Assembly (NCBI GenBank): GCA_002633005.1
Contig: NMRA01000845.1
Span: 12,449 to 76,448, forward strand
Direction: 5' to 3'
DNA length: 64,000 bases
DNA from: Phoronis australis
Lineage: Eukaryota > Animalia > Phoronida
The notes beneath the pieces are model-generated. The model did not search any database and was not told the DNA's origin. It saw only the letters and a program-made list of their open reading frames with translations. Below, in pieces: positions 26,262-39,138 of the stretch. Position 1 is the first letter of the stretch, and every line of letters begins with the position of its first letter. Made by a program: the position numbers and the translations under genes.

Positions 26262-26397
26262 CAGGGGCGGTTCCAGGATTTCGAGTTAGGGGAGCAGGCC
26301 AGGGTAGACACTCGCACCTCTAAGTTGCCAAATGGAATCTGGCAGAATTTTAGGGGGAGCATGGCCCCCTTGCCCCCTCCCCCTAAATCCGTCACTG
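26262..26397. mobile_element. hAT-like MITE (caggggcgg...ccgtcactg)
   Basis: Short TIRs. Related copies begin at 28268 and 41720. Confidence 0.65.
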
Positions 26398-26955
26398 CTT
26401 ACATAAACTTTATGAAACTGGACCAATTAATGGGCTTTTTGCACACTGGCAATGGCATTTCTAAAAATAACTTACGGCCTTAGTTTAATGTTTGAGTATC
26501 ACCTACAATCCTTTGTGAATGCTAGGGATAACGAAAATCAATATTTTAACGAACACAAATCGTCCCCGGAGTTCAAAATAACACCACTGTCAGAACTGAA
26601 CAAGTCAATGTAGGCCTATCACTCCAGTAACCTTCAGGATTTATGCCGGGGTTATTTAGTTGAGAATAATACACGTTTATTTGGATTCTTTCTTGATCGC
26701 TTTCTGTTATTAACTGTACGGTCGAAGCACACATAACTAGTAGAATTAAAAACATGCAGTTAGTACTATATACTTGAGGTTCATGGCAATAGGGCCGTCC
26801 CGTATTACACTGTATTTACTCCCAATGCCGTGAGGCACATTTGTTGCCTCGTTTTCGAGCCACTGGAGTTTCATGTTATTTGTTGTTGTCTGATTCTTAA
26901 CAAGTTCTTCTCGGTTGCATTACTCTATTCGTTCTTCCTATGCTAAAGAAGTGTT

Positions 26956-27080
26956 CAATGTTGTGTAGTGGGCTGCAACACCGGCGTGAAAACTTTTTAT
27001 AAACTGGACAAATACCCGTCTATGCGTGATCTAAAATTCTTTGCCTTCCCGACATTAATGAGAGACAAGAAAGTGTACCT
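26956..27080 (+). pseudogene. THAP domain N-terminal remnant
   Basis: QCCVVGCNTG...LKFFAFPTLMRDKK. Confidence 0.55.
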
Positions 27081-27227
27081 GATTTCAAAAACTAGATCAC
27101 GTACTTTCTTATTTCCATAATAACGGCGAATAAATGTCATCTAGAATGCATACAAAACAAATAGTGACAACATCTGACGAGTGCACTTTTCAAATGCATT
27201 TACACTACTGTTACTGAGTGCCGAAGG

Positions 27228-27655
27228 GTGTCAGTTTGCGTTCTTTCCAGGAATCGTTATGAAAAAAACATGGAAAACTATGTCTCGACATTGTTGTTCT
27301 CAATGCAGAGTAAAGAATCATTATCAGGTAAATGCATGCAAGGTTGGTTACATTTAATTCAACCGACATCACAACAGTCACAACTCTTTCCAAGAATCGT
27401 CATGAAAAAATGCTTGAAGACTGTGCCTCGGAATTGTTGTTCTCAATGCAGGGTAAAGACTCGTTATCCGATAAAAATATATGCACACAGACGTTCTCTT
27501 GTACTACACAAGGTTGATTGCATTCAATTCAAGTGACGTTACAATAGTCGCGTTTCAGTTTGCGTTCTGTCAAAGGATCGTCATGAAAAATGCTTGAAAT
27601 GCTATTCCCAGAAATTGTTGTTCGCAATGCTGGGTAAAGAATTGTTATCAGTTTT
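27228..27655 (+). repeat. Three degenerate ~100-bp direct repeats spaced about 160 bp apart
   Basis: atcgt(t/c)atgaaaaa...ttgttgttc(t/g)caatgc..gtaaaga recurs at about 27250, 27395 and 27575. Confidence 0.75.
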
Positions 27656-28267
27656 CTGTGTTTTTGCTTCTTTGACCCGTTGTCCTCAGAAATTTCAGGC
27701 AATATTTCCAATTTCTATTTATTATTATTACTGAGACCATAGATGAGTTAATCCATAACACAAACTATCTCACTGTCCAAATCCGTGACATAGGGTGTAT
27801 CACCCATTTATGGCTTTTTGTCTGGTCTGAAGTGCACTGCACTCTTAAGATAGGAAACTGGTGGTTTTCTCGTCGGAATGTGTGAATGAATGAGCCTATG
27901 AAAAACTTACGTTCATTGCACTGTAGTCTTGATATGAACATAAGAATGAAAAGAGAAAACAAGAAATTGCGGTTTTAATATGGGTGTGCCGTCTACATTC
28001 GTCTTTAATCCGTTTTTTGTAAAACGTACTTATAGTCAGCACGCATCAGTTTGAACATTTTATAATGAACACGCGGTTTACTCCGTGGATGGGCGGACAC
28101 AGGTTATCGCTGACCGGTGTTTAGCAGCTTTTGGTACAACGGTCGACTGCAGACTGGTTCGAGTTAATCACTTTATTAACTTTGGCCGCATGTACTCCAG
28201 TCTACTCAAACAAAACGTACTACGAGATGTCTGTTCTATGCTCCAGCTAGTGCTGCAAAATCTTGAC

Positions 28268-28412
28268 CAGGGGCGGATCCAGGATTTTGAGTTGGGGGCG
28301 GGGCAGAGTATTAGCCAGGAATTTGCACGTCAGACACTTACAGCCCGAATTACCAAATTTAATCTGGGAAAATTTTAGGGGGCCCCTTGGCCCCCCTCTA
28401 AATCCACCTCTT
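28268..28412. mobile_element. hAT-like MITE
   Basis: caggggcggatccaggatttt...ctaaatccacct, homologous to 26262-26397. Confidence 0.65.
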
Positions 28413-28479
28413 CTGGTGGCTGCCATCTTTATTCACCCCGCCATCTATTGTTTATAACAATAAGCAATACACTGCAGGG

Positions 28480-31230
28480 GGAACCATGAAGAATTTCCTG
28501 GGGACCATTAGGTTTGATCCAAAAGTACAAACAATCTTCCATAAACCGCGTAAAGTTCAATAGGCTATGATTGATGACGTTAATCCTGAGAGTGACCGTT
28601 TGGTTTCCGAAGGTATTCTCAACTTCCAAGTGGTGGAAACCTTTGGTCTGTATCGTGAAGTCCAATAGTCAAATCAGAATGTGTGGTGATCATAAAGTTC
28701 CTGTCGACAAAGCAACAGTGCAACATTCCTACAGCTAATGATTTGTTTAACACATTATCAAGTGCTTCAGTTTTCAGTATGATTGACTTCAGCCAGGCAT
28801 ATTTACAATTAGAAGTCAATCACGAGTCTCGCAAATTTCTGACTTTGAGTACGTTGCGTGGTGTGCATGATCTTCAGAAATTACAGTTTGATCTAGCTTC
28901 AGTTCATCACATTTTCCAGACGGTTATGGGGTCAATGCTCAGAGGCATTAAATGAGTTCTGGTATATCTTGGTGATACCTTGCACTGCATATAACCAGTT
29001 CTAGCTCGACTTGAACAACACAGTGTCAAAGCTAATCGTGACAAAAGGGAATTCACGATATGCAGCGTGTAATATTTGGGTCACATCATTATATCGTCGT
29101 TATTGTTGACAAAACAGGTATTCATTCTACGCAAGGGAAAATTGAGGCAATTGTAAATGCCCCTACTCCCACAATTGTCAAAGAATTACAAACTGTCTTT
29201 GGGTTGGAACAGTTCTATGCAAAATTCACGAATCCTCCGGAAGGTATATTTTCTACTATTGTGCACCCTCTACATGTTCTTTTGCGTAAGAAGGTGAAGT
29301 TTGTGTGGAGGAAATATTTCCAAGATGTTTTTTGACAAGTGTAAGTTAATGATTACGTCTGATAAAGTGTTTGTACACTATGATGTTCAGAAACATCTTT
29401 TTTTGCCTTGTGATGCTTCATAAGTGGGCGTTGGTCGTGTATTCAGCCACACTTTATAAAATGGTGATGAGTGTCCGATTGTCACAGATTCACGGAAATT
29501 AAGTGACAGAGAAAAGATTTATTTGCATATTGATTGCAAGGCTTTGTCAATCATTATTGGACTTAAGAAATTTCAACAAAAGTATTTGATTGGACGACGT
29601 TTCACTGTTGTGACAGATCATATGCCTCTAGTTGAATTTTTGGCCCTATGTCAGAAGTTTCAAAATGGTTTCGCCAACCTCACAGCGTTGGGCTTTAATC
29701 TTAGAAGCTTTCACTTATGGTGTACAGTTTAGGAACTCGAAACAGCTTTGGAATACGGATTGCCTATCACGATTACCATTAGGGTACTGTGACGTAAATG
29801 TAGCGGCGAAGATGTGAATTTTCCGAGTCTGAGTGTTGATTCCTGGCAACTCTTAAAAATAGTTGTGACTCCCACTCAGAAAAGAAATTATGAGTAAGCT
29901 ACATTTTGAACATCTGGGTATTACTATGATTAAGGCTTTAGCATGTAGTCATACGGGGCGGCCCAAAATTGACAAATGGATTAAAGACATCCTTAGTTCT
30001 TGTGATGTATTTCTCCATTATCGAAATACTCCTTCTAGCTTTGGTGTTCCCAGCATTGCAGAAAGGCATTACTGTAGCCAAGGCTGTTCAAAGCCCCTTC
30101 CATCCGTTACCTAGTCAACTGAAGACTGCACTTGACAGATGCTTGAACAACGTCCCTGCAAAAGAGACCTATCGCCTTCACCCAAGACCTTTCCGCAGTG
30201 CGTCCTACCAAAGATTGAGCAGGTGCTCGTGGAATTTCGCTGCTGTAAACGCAACCATGGGCCTCATTGGCCAACACATGGTCGCACAAGTTGCTGCATG
30301 ACTGCCAGTGCAAGAACTAGGTGAGAGTCCGAATATCACCATTGCTTTCAACAGGGAAGCACGGCAATGGCCTCCTGAAGTAGCCCAAGCATTGTGTCGT
30401 GGGCAGTGGTGTGATCTTGGCGGTGTTAATGCCATCATGGTAGCAACAGATGGATCTTTCGATGGTACAAATAATCGTGCATGATGGGGCTACCAAATAC
30501 TGTGTGCTGACAACATCATTGCAGAAGGCAGCGGCTGCCACCATGTATAAACAAGTACATGTAGTTCACGGATGGAGTTTGAAGCTATATAACGTGCCCT
30601 AACTAAGGGGATGGTCTGGGGAGGGGATTAATGCACCAGCATATCCCCGATGATCCTGTCCGTGACAGGTAATACAGGTATATTTCAGGTATGCTTCGAA
30701 TTTTTAAATGCCATAGCCACGCTCATGTCGAGGCTCGCAAAGCATTCAAATTAATATTGCTGAGAAGGAAGGGAAATGTTTCGTTATTATTGTTGATATT
30801 GGGCTATAACCCAGCATCTAACGGTAATGATGAGAGAGGGGTCCAAACAATTAAGAAAGCTTTATTTCATTTAGTTCTTGATAACAATTGTTACAGTAAT
30901 TTGAATCACAAACTGTGTAGTCTTTTGGTGAGTTAACACACCCCATAGTACCACTGGTAAAACTCCAGCTGAGTTGTTTTTGAAAAGAGAGCCTAGGTCG
31001 CGTTTTTCGTTATTGAAACCTAATTCACCCGAGCCTATTGAATCAAACACTAACACTGTTAATAAGAAGTTGCGAAGCCTAGAAACTTATCGTCCTGTGT
31101 TGCTTAAAAATAACAACATGGGGAAGCAAAATTGGATTACTGGTCGCATTGTAATAGTTTGTGAATCATTGACATATTTGGTGAAAGCACAGGGGTAAAT
31201 TAGGTTTTGTCATGTTGGTCGTTCTTCACT
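28480..31230 (+). mobile_element. Gypsy element pol remnant (RT, RNase H, integrase); probable continuation of element A
   Basis: IRMCGDHK, FSMIDFSQAYLQL, KIEAIVNAPTP, CDAS, FTVVTDHMPL, ADCLSRLP-like TDCLSRLP, LHFEHLGI, PASNG..ERGVQTIK and TTGKTPAELFLKR. Many stops and frameshifts. Confidence 0.92.
30050..30682 (+). mobile_element. Second copy of the RNase H LINE, internally deleted, inserted in the Gypsy integrase
   Basis: tagcaacagatggatctttcgatgg...gccctaactaag is joined directly to ggggatggtctgggga...tcctgtccgtgacaggtaatacaggta. Same 3' end as the 11026-11718 copy. Confidence 0.88.
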
Positions 31231-34200
31231 AGGCGCTGAGGAATGTTGAAGACCACAACTTGTGAATTACACAAGAGGAATGTTTCCGATGGTTTTACAG
31301 CGATAAAATGTCGATACTCTTTTCCTTATTATCATAAGAACAGTATTCCTTTTGAAGATCGTTATTAAGAGTTTTTATAAGAAAGTCCCAAATGTCAAAC
31401 AGACTCTTGAGGTACAATTTATGATGACAGTGTACAGAAATGGCCAGTGGATTAAGTTACTGTAAATACTCTACATGTACAGTACTGGAGATGCTTTCCA
31501 CGATTTTTGAACTCCAAGCTTAACTCACCAACCATAATAGCTAGCTCTAGAATGAACTAAAACACAAGTTAACGCGACTAACTTCCAAACCCCACTATAT
31601 GCTGCACCTTCCAAGTTTCCACGGCTGTCCGTCAAGAATCTGCCCGAGTGCCTTTGGGAATTGCTTTAAAACGTCCTGTTTTGAAAAACAACAAATTCGT
31701 TGATTTTGGATTTACTTATTTATGTATCTACGAAAATCGATTGACCAATAGATGATTGCTAATATTAAAAAGCTATTTTTGTGGACATTGATGATGCTTC
31801 AGTGAACTTTAAGTAGCAGGCTGAGGTTGAAAAATTTCCATCACCCGATCCCCAAAATAATAGCAAAGCATGCTAGACAATTTTTTCTATCTCAAATTAC
31901 TCTCAAAGATCTTGATGAAAATGGGACAGCACTAAAGCATGTCCCAAAATTTACTTACACTTCAAATGACAATAAATGCGTTGCATATTGACTTGAGGAC
32001 AAAGTGGTTTAAATACACAAACAAGATATTAAAAGATCATTAAGTCCTTAATTAAAATTATCCGCACTGCTCATTAACTTGAACAGATTAATTGTCTTTG
32101 TACTTATTTGGTGATTTTGTAGTTTGCAGTAGTGGCTAGGGGCATGGCCAACCAGAACCTTTTGAAAACTGTACTGTGATTGATGATCAGCAGCGGCACA
32201 TGACGTCACTCCTAATATTCCCCTGACTGCAGCTGGCCCATATCGGGTTCTAGCCGAGTGGGTGATTTTCTATCACATCTTTAAAACTGTTGACAAAACA
32301 ATAGAAACTAACAAAAATAAATCAAACTTGCGTCAAAATAACATCAACAGCCTAAACTTTGGTCATGCAAAATGGTAAGGCTTGCAGAGCCGTCTATAGA
32401 CAACGGAGGAAACAACATCTGGACACAAGATGTAAGATACGCAATACTGATGTAAATCCTACCTAATCTACAATATAAAGGAATTCAAATTTGTGTTCAA
32501 ATTTACATAATGTACATGAAAACTTACAGACAATTACATTAGGATCTTGGTTACTCCGTGGTTAGCAGACAACACCTAATTGGGATGAACTGCAAAGCAA
32601 CCTTGAAAGTGAAACGTCTGTTCACAATGTCGTTGAAAACGGGGAAGACCTGAATCAAGCACGGGCGAGAAAAAAAAAACCAGCCTGTCTTACAAATCGT
32701 GGGCGTCACACAGGGAAGCATAAAAAGGTTCTTTCCGATATTGAAAGATATAAAGTTGACATGCCAAACACATCTAAATGTTGACATTTGCAACTTATGG
32801 TTTAAAGTACTTGTTTTTTTAAGTAGTTGACGCCGTCGTCTTCATTACTGTAATGGAAACAATTCAAGCAATGGAAGTCTTTACCAAAATCATCAACTCA
32901 AAGTGGAAATATAACGCGTTTTAGGTAGGTTAAGTGATTCGGTTAAAATGCCTCCCCATACCTTCCCAGCTTTAGTACAGGCATGGATAGCAATCATAAA
33001 ATGTACGTATTTGGGCTCAAGTGGTCCACACCAGTAGAGGCACATCAGTTTTAATTTGTAACAAGAAAAAGGTCACCATACCCAGGCTTTGAAACGAGTG
33101 GTGCGGTCAAGCTCCAAGCTATATACTTTGGAAAAATTTCCCCTGGGTTTTACTGAAACAACGCATACCCAGTTGAGCATACATGACCGCAGCTCAGATA
33201 TAAGCGCGTACATGTATATGTACATGTAGCTTTGCATACAGGCGCACTGAGGTGTCTAGATGTACCTATCCCGCGGTAGGCGGCAATTTTACTATACCCG
33301 TCCTTAAAAAATCGACTCATTCTTCTAATCAATGCAAATAGCCAAGCAAATAGCACTAGCCGTTGATATTGTTGTCTTGCAACACAAACAATTTCACGGG
33401 TCGTGTGTTTCTATAGTTCACACACTCGTTCACTATGACGTTTTCCTTCTTCTTGTGCCGTTGCTTTTTGTCTAAGCCACAGCTACATGTAGTCTTAGTG
33501 CACTGGCATACTATTGTCTCACACATGTATTTCAGTTTTCATGTGACCTTACGTATCATTTGCCACATATTTTCAAACTCCTTACTAGCACAAAGACATA
33601 TTGTTACTACTGCATGCCCGCCGGCCTCTTGCGCAGTCGAGTAATTTGTTTTCCATGAAATGTGATTTTGAACGGTGACTTTGAAAGCGACATGTGGCTT
33701 TAAGGTCCATTGTTGTTTTTTTTTTTGCTTAGGCCTACTGGCATCGGTATTATAAAGCAGTTGCAAATCACATTTTTATAAAATAAGAGACTTGCGATTT
33801 GATGAGTTAGTTACAGTAAATAATCACATGCTGTGACAACCACTGACATGTGATGCGTAATCCAGCTGTAACGAGGGTCCGACGTAATCACATGTAAAGC
33901 TATGCTGTTGCTGTTAAGATTTTTGACGTCACCACTGAAATTGCGACGAAAGGCGAGACACGTACGTTCTGAAACGACTTGTAAACGGTTGAGTACACCG
34001 TACATCAAATGCTGCATTTAATCAAAAGATGACTGTTTAATGTTCGCAGGTAAGTGGTAATGTTTGGATGGGATGTAGTGAGGTACGTACAATAAGGTAT
34101 TAAAGAGGCTGGAGTGTCAATTACAGACGGGTCAAGTGCTGTAACCGACAGGCCTACCTGTTAGTGTTGCTTACATGTACAGTATAAACGTATTCAAATT

Positions 34201-34314
34201 TACCCATTATTCAAGGTGTTTTGACAGACTCGCCCGATAATAGCGTTTAGAAGGAAGTAGAGCTACACGTAAGTTCAAACTTCTTGATTAAATCAACGTT
34301 ACTCTATTTACAGA

Positions 34315-37300
34315 ATGAAGACTTGTCTACTTCGCTTTGTTCTTTTCGTTGCAACAACGTCGGTGATTTTGAAAGGTAATCAAAATTTAATTTACACTGT
34401 TAAAGTTTACGCCTAAGTTGAAGTAATCATCCTGTGTTTGAGTGGTCCTAATATCTTGTGAAAAAATCCTGCCTTAGCATTTAATTTCGCTACACTGACG
34501 GCACTAAACGAGATCTCACATGTTTAGTTATACGATAAGTCTGTTACAGTAGCTTTTTCAGAGTATGTTACGCTTGCCAGTACTTCGGAAAATATGTGTA
34601 TTTTTACACTTCCTTGTGCAAAAATACAACACACCTCGGTTACTATACCCAGTATACGTGTACCTATACCGAAGACAACGCCCGGGTACAAATACACTGT
34701 GCTTGGGATTCTTGCGTATGCAAAGTTCTAGTGGCACCCGAAGCATGTCTTATGAATATGGAAAAATGAATACGTACATGTACTTGCATCTTAACGAGAT
34801 GTACATGTAACTGGGCAACTGAAAAGTTTACCCGCTGCGCTTTAGCCGCAGCAGCCTTGAAATAAAATAACCCCGTGCCCCAAATGGTGTCCCTGTTTGA
34901 GAATGAGTCCATTTAAATTCAAGAATCACAATTGTTACCATAGTGATTGGACCTGAATTTGTTTGAACACATTGCAACCAATGTTCAATGATCAACTTTT
35001 GCACACCTTTTAAATGGTTACAAAAATCCAATATTTTACACACGTCGGTTCCGCCTGATTAACATACATTAAGACTAGTAATCTGTCGGGGTTGTGAACC
35101 TGGTTTCAGAATAGTGAAATGTTGGAGTGGTGAACCTTCGGGGTAGTGAACGTTCCCAGCAGCGAACCGTCGGAGTAGCGAACCTGAGTCAATAGCGACA
35201 TGTAACCTCGGAAATTTCGTCCATCAAGTTTGCTGTTCGTATGAAATCTGCGGGGCCGTGCAACATTGATAGTGATTTACAAGTGAAGACTGCATTCAAC
35301 AAATATTTTTATTAGGTCTAGACATACTATTTCGAGTAATGTGAACAGGCTCGTGGGGAATTTTTCAGTGCAAGAAAGCAAGGTAGTTGAGAAACGACAC
35401 AGTCCTGCCTAGTGAAGTAACGTGCACTGAATTTGTGTAAGGGAAACGCCCCATGTCTTGCCATATTGTATAAGGAGACGTGCTTTGTGGTGGGGTGTAA
35501 AATTCACAGGTGTTTTTTGAAAAATTGAAACTAAAGGAAAATGCTTGGTCATCAACAGAAATTCGAAATATTTACGAACAAACCGTACAAATACCTGGTG
35601 TGCAGTTTGGCTGCTGTTTCAGTGCCATAGAACTATTTTGAATAATACAATTTAGTTTGTTTTTCACGTTCTATGCCATGTCCTCTGATTTTGGCAAGAC
35701 CGTTTCCTAGAGGGTGTTCGATCGCCTAAACATGCGTCTGCTGATTCAATTCGGGTTTCTGTAAGCGGCTGTGAATTTGGGAGGGGTTTGTCACGTTTAA
35801 GTGGTCAGTGTGTTCCGTATAGTCTTTAATTCATTACGGTCTCCTTCGGCTCAGTCCCGAAAAGGGAGAGCCTAGACCCCGGCTCCTCGCCGGAATTTTA
35901 ACGTTGAATGCCACCGATGACCTTTTGGCAAAACGAACAACGAAACAAGTACAGTTTGTGCGTCAGATATCAAAATCATAAAGTCATTTTTTATTTGGTC
36001 TGATGGTTTGAGTAACAAAACATGTTAGCATGGAAATTACAAATTAGGTCAGTACATTATATATGTTATGAAAATTACATTATATATATCTAGGACAGTG
36101 ACTCACATCATGTAAGGAATCAGATGCTTCGTAAACCTGCCGTACAATGATTACCTGTCTGTCCTTAGAATGCAGCGCCATCTGGTGTTACTCCTGCTCA
36201 TATACCCGGTCAGCTGACCCAAAACTTACGTACGAGTGCGTCGACCAACCGGATAACGTAACAACTGGCTCGCCAGCAATCAACTGCTCAACGTTCTGTA
36301 ACACGCAAAGGCGATACACAGGTAAGATGTATCATGACTTATTAACATTTAACAAAAGGGTCGACTTTAAAATTTTGTATCCAACTCGGACTTTGTTTTG
36401 AGCAAGCTTTTATTCTCAACTACGCAATTCCGTGTTCATAAATTAAGATTCATGAGGCAACTCAACGCCAATATTTGTGGTTTTGTTACCCCATCACATA
36501 GGTGAGCTTAAATCCAACTGTGACTCACCCGTAGTAATCGATTCACAAATTAATGCCCATGGTTTCAGGCGCGCTACTGCAGAAAACCTATTTGATAGTT
36601 TTTCTATTAGTGCATCACTTATGAAAATACGAACAAGGATAACGTTTACTTTTCAATTTTGAAAACAGACATGTTGGTTGTTTGTGTTGTTCATTTTTTA
36701 CTTTGACTCGTACGTAAAGCAGGTGCGTCGGTTTACGACCGCAACAACCATCCAATACACATTCGGCCAAGATCATGAATATCGACTACTGTAGCTCACT
36801 TCAGTTAGTGACGGTGACATCAACACGGGTGAGAAACAACATGACCGCCGGACCCAAAACATGACCGCCGGTCCTCCAAATCGGACAAAGCAAGACCTAA
36901 GGGGGTTAAATGGGACCGCCGCACCAGAAAATGGGACCAACGCATCTAAAACACTTGACCGCCAAACCACAAAACAGGACCGCCGGAGACTGAACATCAC
37001 TGCCGGACAAAATGTTATCAACATGTATGCCTGTGCTTGACCCTGGTTATGACACAGCCAGCCAGTTACCTGTATGAAGACTGTCGTTAAAATATAGTAT
37101 GTTTCGAGCTCCATTAGACCCCGAAATTTCACAAAGCTCTTAGTCACGTCGTCGTGAAACTCACATCAATATGTAAAGCCCAAAGGCAGGCGGGGTGCAT
37201 ATAAAAAGTGGGAGTCAACCAGCACTCACCTTGCCCGTTGCAGCCGTTTAAGTGAATTACAATCTAACGAAAGCCATTTTCTTACATAATTATCCGCCTT

Positions 37301-39138
37301 AAGTAAAAAAGAACAGTGTGTCGCGCTCATGATACGCGCACATGCCCTTTCCTAAGTGGTTGCATCATCTCTCGGAAGACGATGGCAGTGTCACAGAAAC
37401 AAAACTTATTCTAAAATTCTAACAACTTGAATGAAACCTGTTCCGATAAATTGATGTGACATGTACGCAACCTCGTAGAAGAGAAGAACAGTTGATTTGA
37501 ATAATCGGACAAAAAGTGGCCAATAGCCGACTATTTCATGGCACCGAAGCCGACTCAAAACAACGCACCACAATATAAGCAGCATAATAACGTCTGAATG
37601 ACAAGTTTTCTTGAACACCGATGAATAGTTTAGTTTACTCATGGAAGGGTGTCGTTTTTAATGACAGTTATTTTGTGTCAGATTTTATTTGTTCAGCAAA
37701 GTTGTATATTTAGTTCACAGCTTTGCACGAAGGCTAGTTATGACGATACTTTACCCGAGATCCAGTTATCTCAGCCTCGTCCTCAAGCCCCAAGATGGCG
37801 CTGATTGATTTAGTCATTCGATCCTGGTTGTGGGAAATGAACTGTCAGATTAATGACATATTTTTTCGAAAATCGACGAAATATCACGAGTAATATGAAG
37901 TTATATCAACTTTGAAGTTTTCTGCAATATAATATAAAATGAAAACTAACGGTATATTGCAGCGATTTAGGTCTAAATTATTACAAAATTAACGTATTTT
38001 GATTTGAAAACTGATTAATCCCAATTATACTGTAAATAAAATACAATTGAAAATAAGTACGCCAACAACCATCATTTCAAACAATAACCAAAACAGAACC
38101 TTCTGTTTCATGAATGACAGCAGCAACACCTCTGAAAATATTTAAAGGTTGCCTTTGTTTTAATGACGTAAATGCAGCGGCCAATCATTGCGCAGAAGGG
38201 ATTTCCCATAACCAAGCCTCAAATGGCTAAACCGATCAGCGCCACCTTGAGGGTTGGGGACGGGGCTGCAGTTATCATCGAACGCGTTTTTTGAAATCAT
38301 TAAAACGTCAAATTGGAAAAAAATAGTTTTATTGTGTTTTCTAAAACTAACGCAGTGGTTAAAATATAATTAATGAGCTTAAATTTTTTTAAGTGTTGAC
38401 CTGCTTTCAATCGTTTATATTTATGGTGGGGCGGTCAAATTTCAATTCCCGGCAGTCATGTTCAGTGTCCCTTGGTCCCATTTTCTCGTGCGTCGGTCCC
38501 ATTTTATCCCCTTAGGTCCTGTTTGTGGTGAGTCGATCGGATTGGGAGGACCAGCGGTCATGTTTTGGGTCCAGCGGTCATGTTGGTTTTCACCCGTCAT
38601 CAAGCCTATGGTGTGCCGACTTTCGCTGGGGCACGCTTTTCTCGTCCACTTGGGTGCAAATCCTGTCAGAGTAAGAATTGTTGGAATCACAAGCGCAGCG
38701 TGCTTCCTCAGTCATGTTATTCAAATGAAGTAATGTCCCGTGCAAAAGGGTGTAGCTGTTCTGACATTATCATTCCTGTACTAAATAGTACGGCAATCAC
38801 ACAATTCATTTCACAAACAAAAATGATGTTTTCTTTATTCAGGTGGTATCGGGTTGATGTCGTTTTCAAGGGGATGTGCTCCTCCTTCTGAATCAAAAAG
38901 GAACAAATGCACAGGAGACGTTCACGGGTCAACATGCTTCACGTCATGCGATTCAAGCGATCGATGTAACGGCGGTACAGGCATTCCACCAGGTTACAAT
39001 GAAAAAGGAGAGAGACAGACATCTGGTGGAAATCGAAAAGTAAATGGAGGAGGGGACACCTCAGGGATCAACCCGATGAGAATGAACTCTAAATTTCTGA
39101 TCATATTAGTGTTTACGATTAGTCGTAGCGTTTTCTAG
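34315..39138 (+). CDS. Ly6/uPAR three-finger (quiver/sleepless-like) protein with predicted GPI anchor, paralog 1. Exons 34315-34375, 36169-36321, 38843-39138; 169 aa
   Basis: Signal peptide MKTCLLRFVLFVATTSVILKECSA. Ten-Cys domain IWCYSC...EC...CSTFC...RGC...KC...CFTSCDSSDRCN. Hydrophobic tail FLIILVFTISRSVF. All introns GT-AG, phase 1; 510 nt open. Confidence 0.9.
36824..38597. mobile_element. Intronic DNA transposon with long imperfect TIRs (hAT-like)
   Basis: cacgggtgagaaacaacatgaccgccgg at the left pairs with ccagcggtcatgttggttttcacccgt at the right. catcaa flanks both sides. Confidence 0.8.
37772..38268. mobile_element. Nested MITE with ~34-bp TIRs and 8-9-bp TSD
   Basis: cagttatct|cagcctcgtcctcaagccccaagatggcgctgat at the left and atcagcgccaccttgagggttggggacggggctg|cagttatca at the right. 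Confidence 0.85.
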
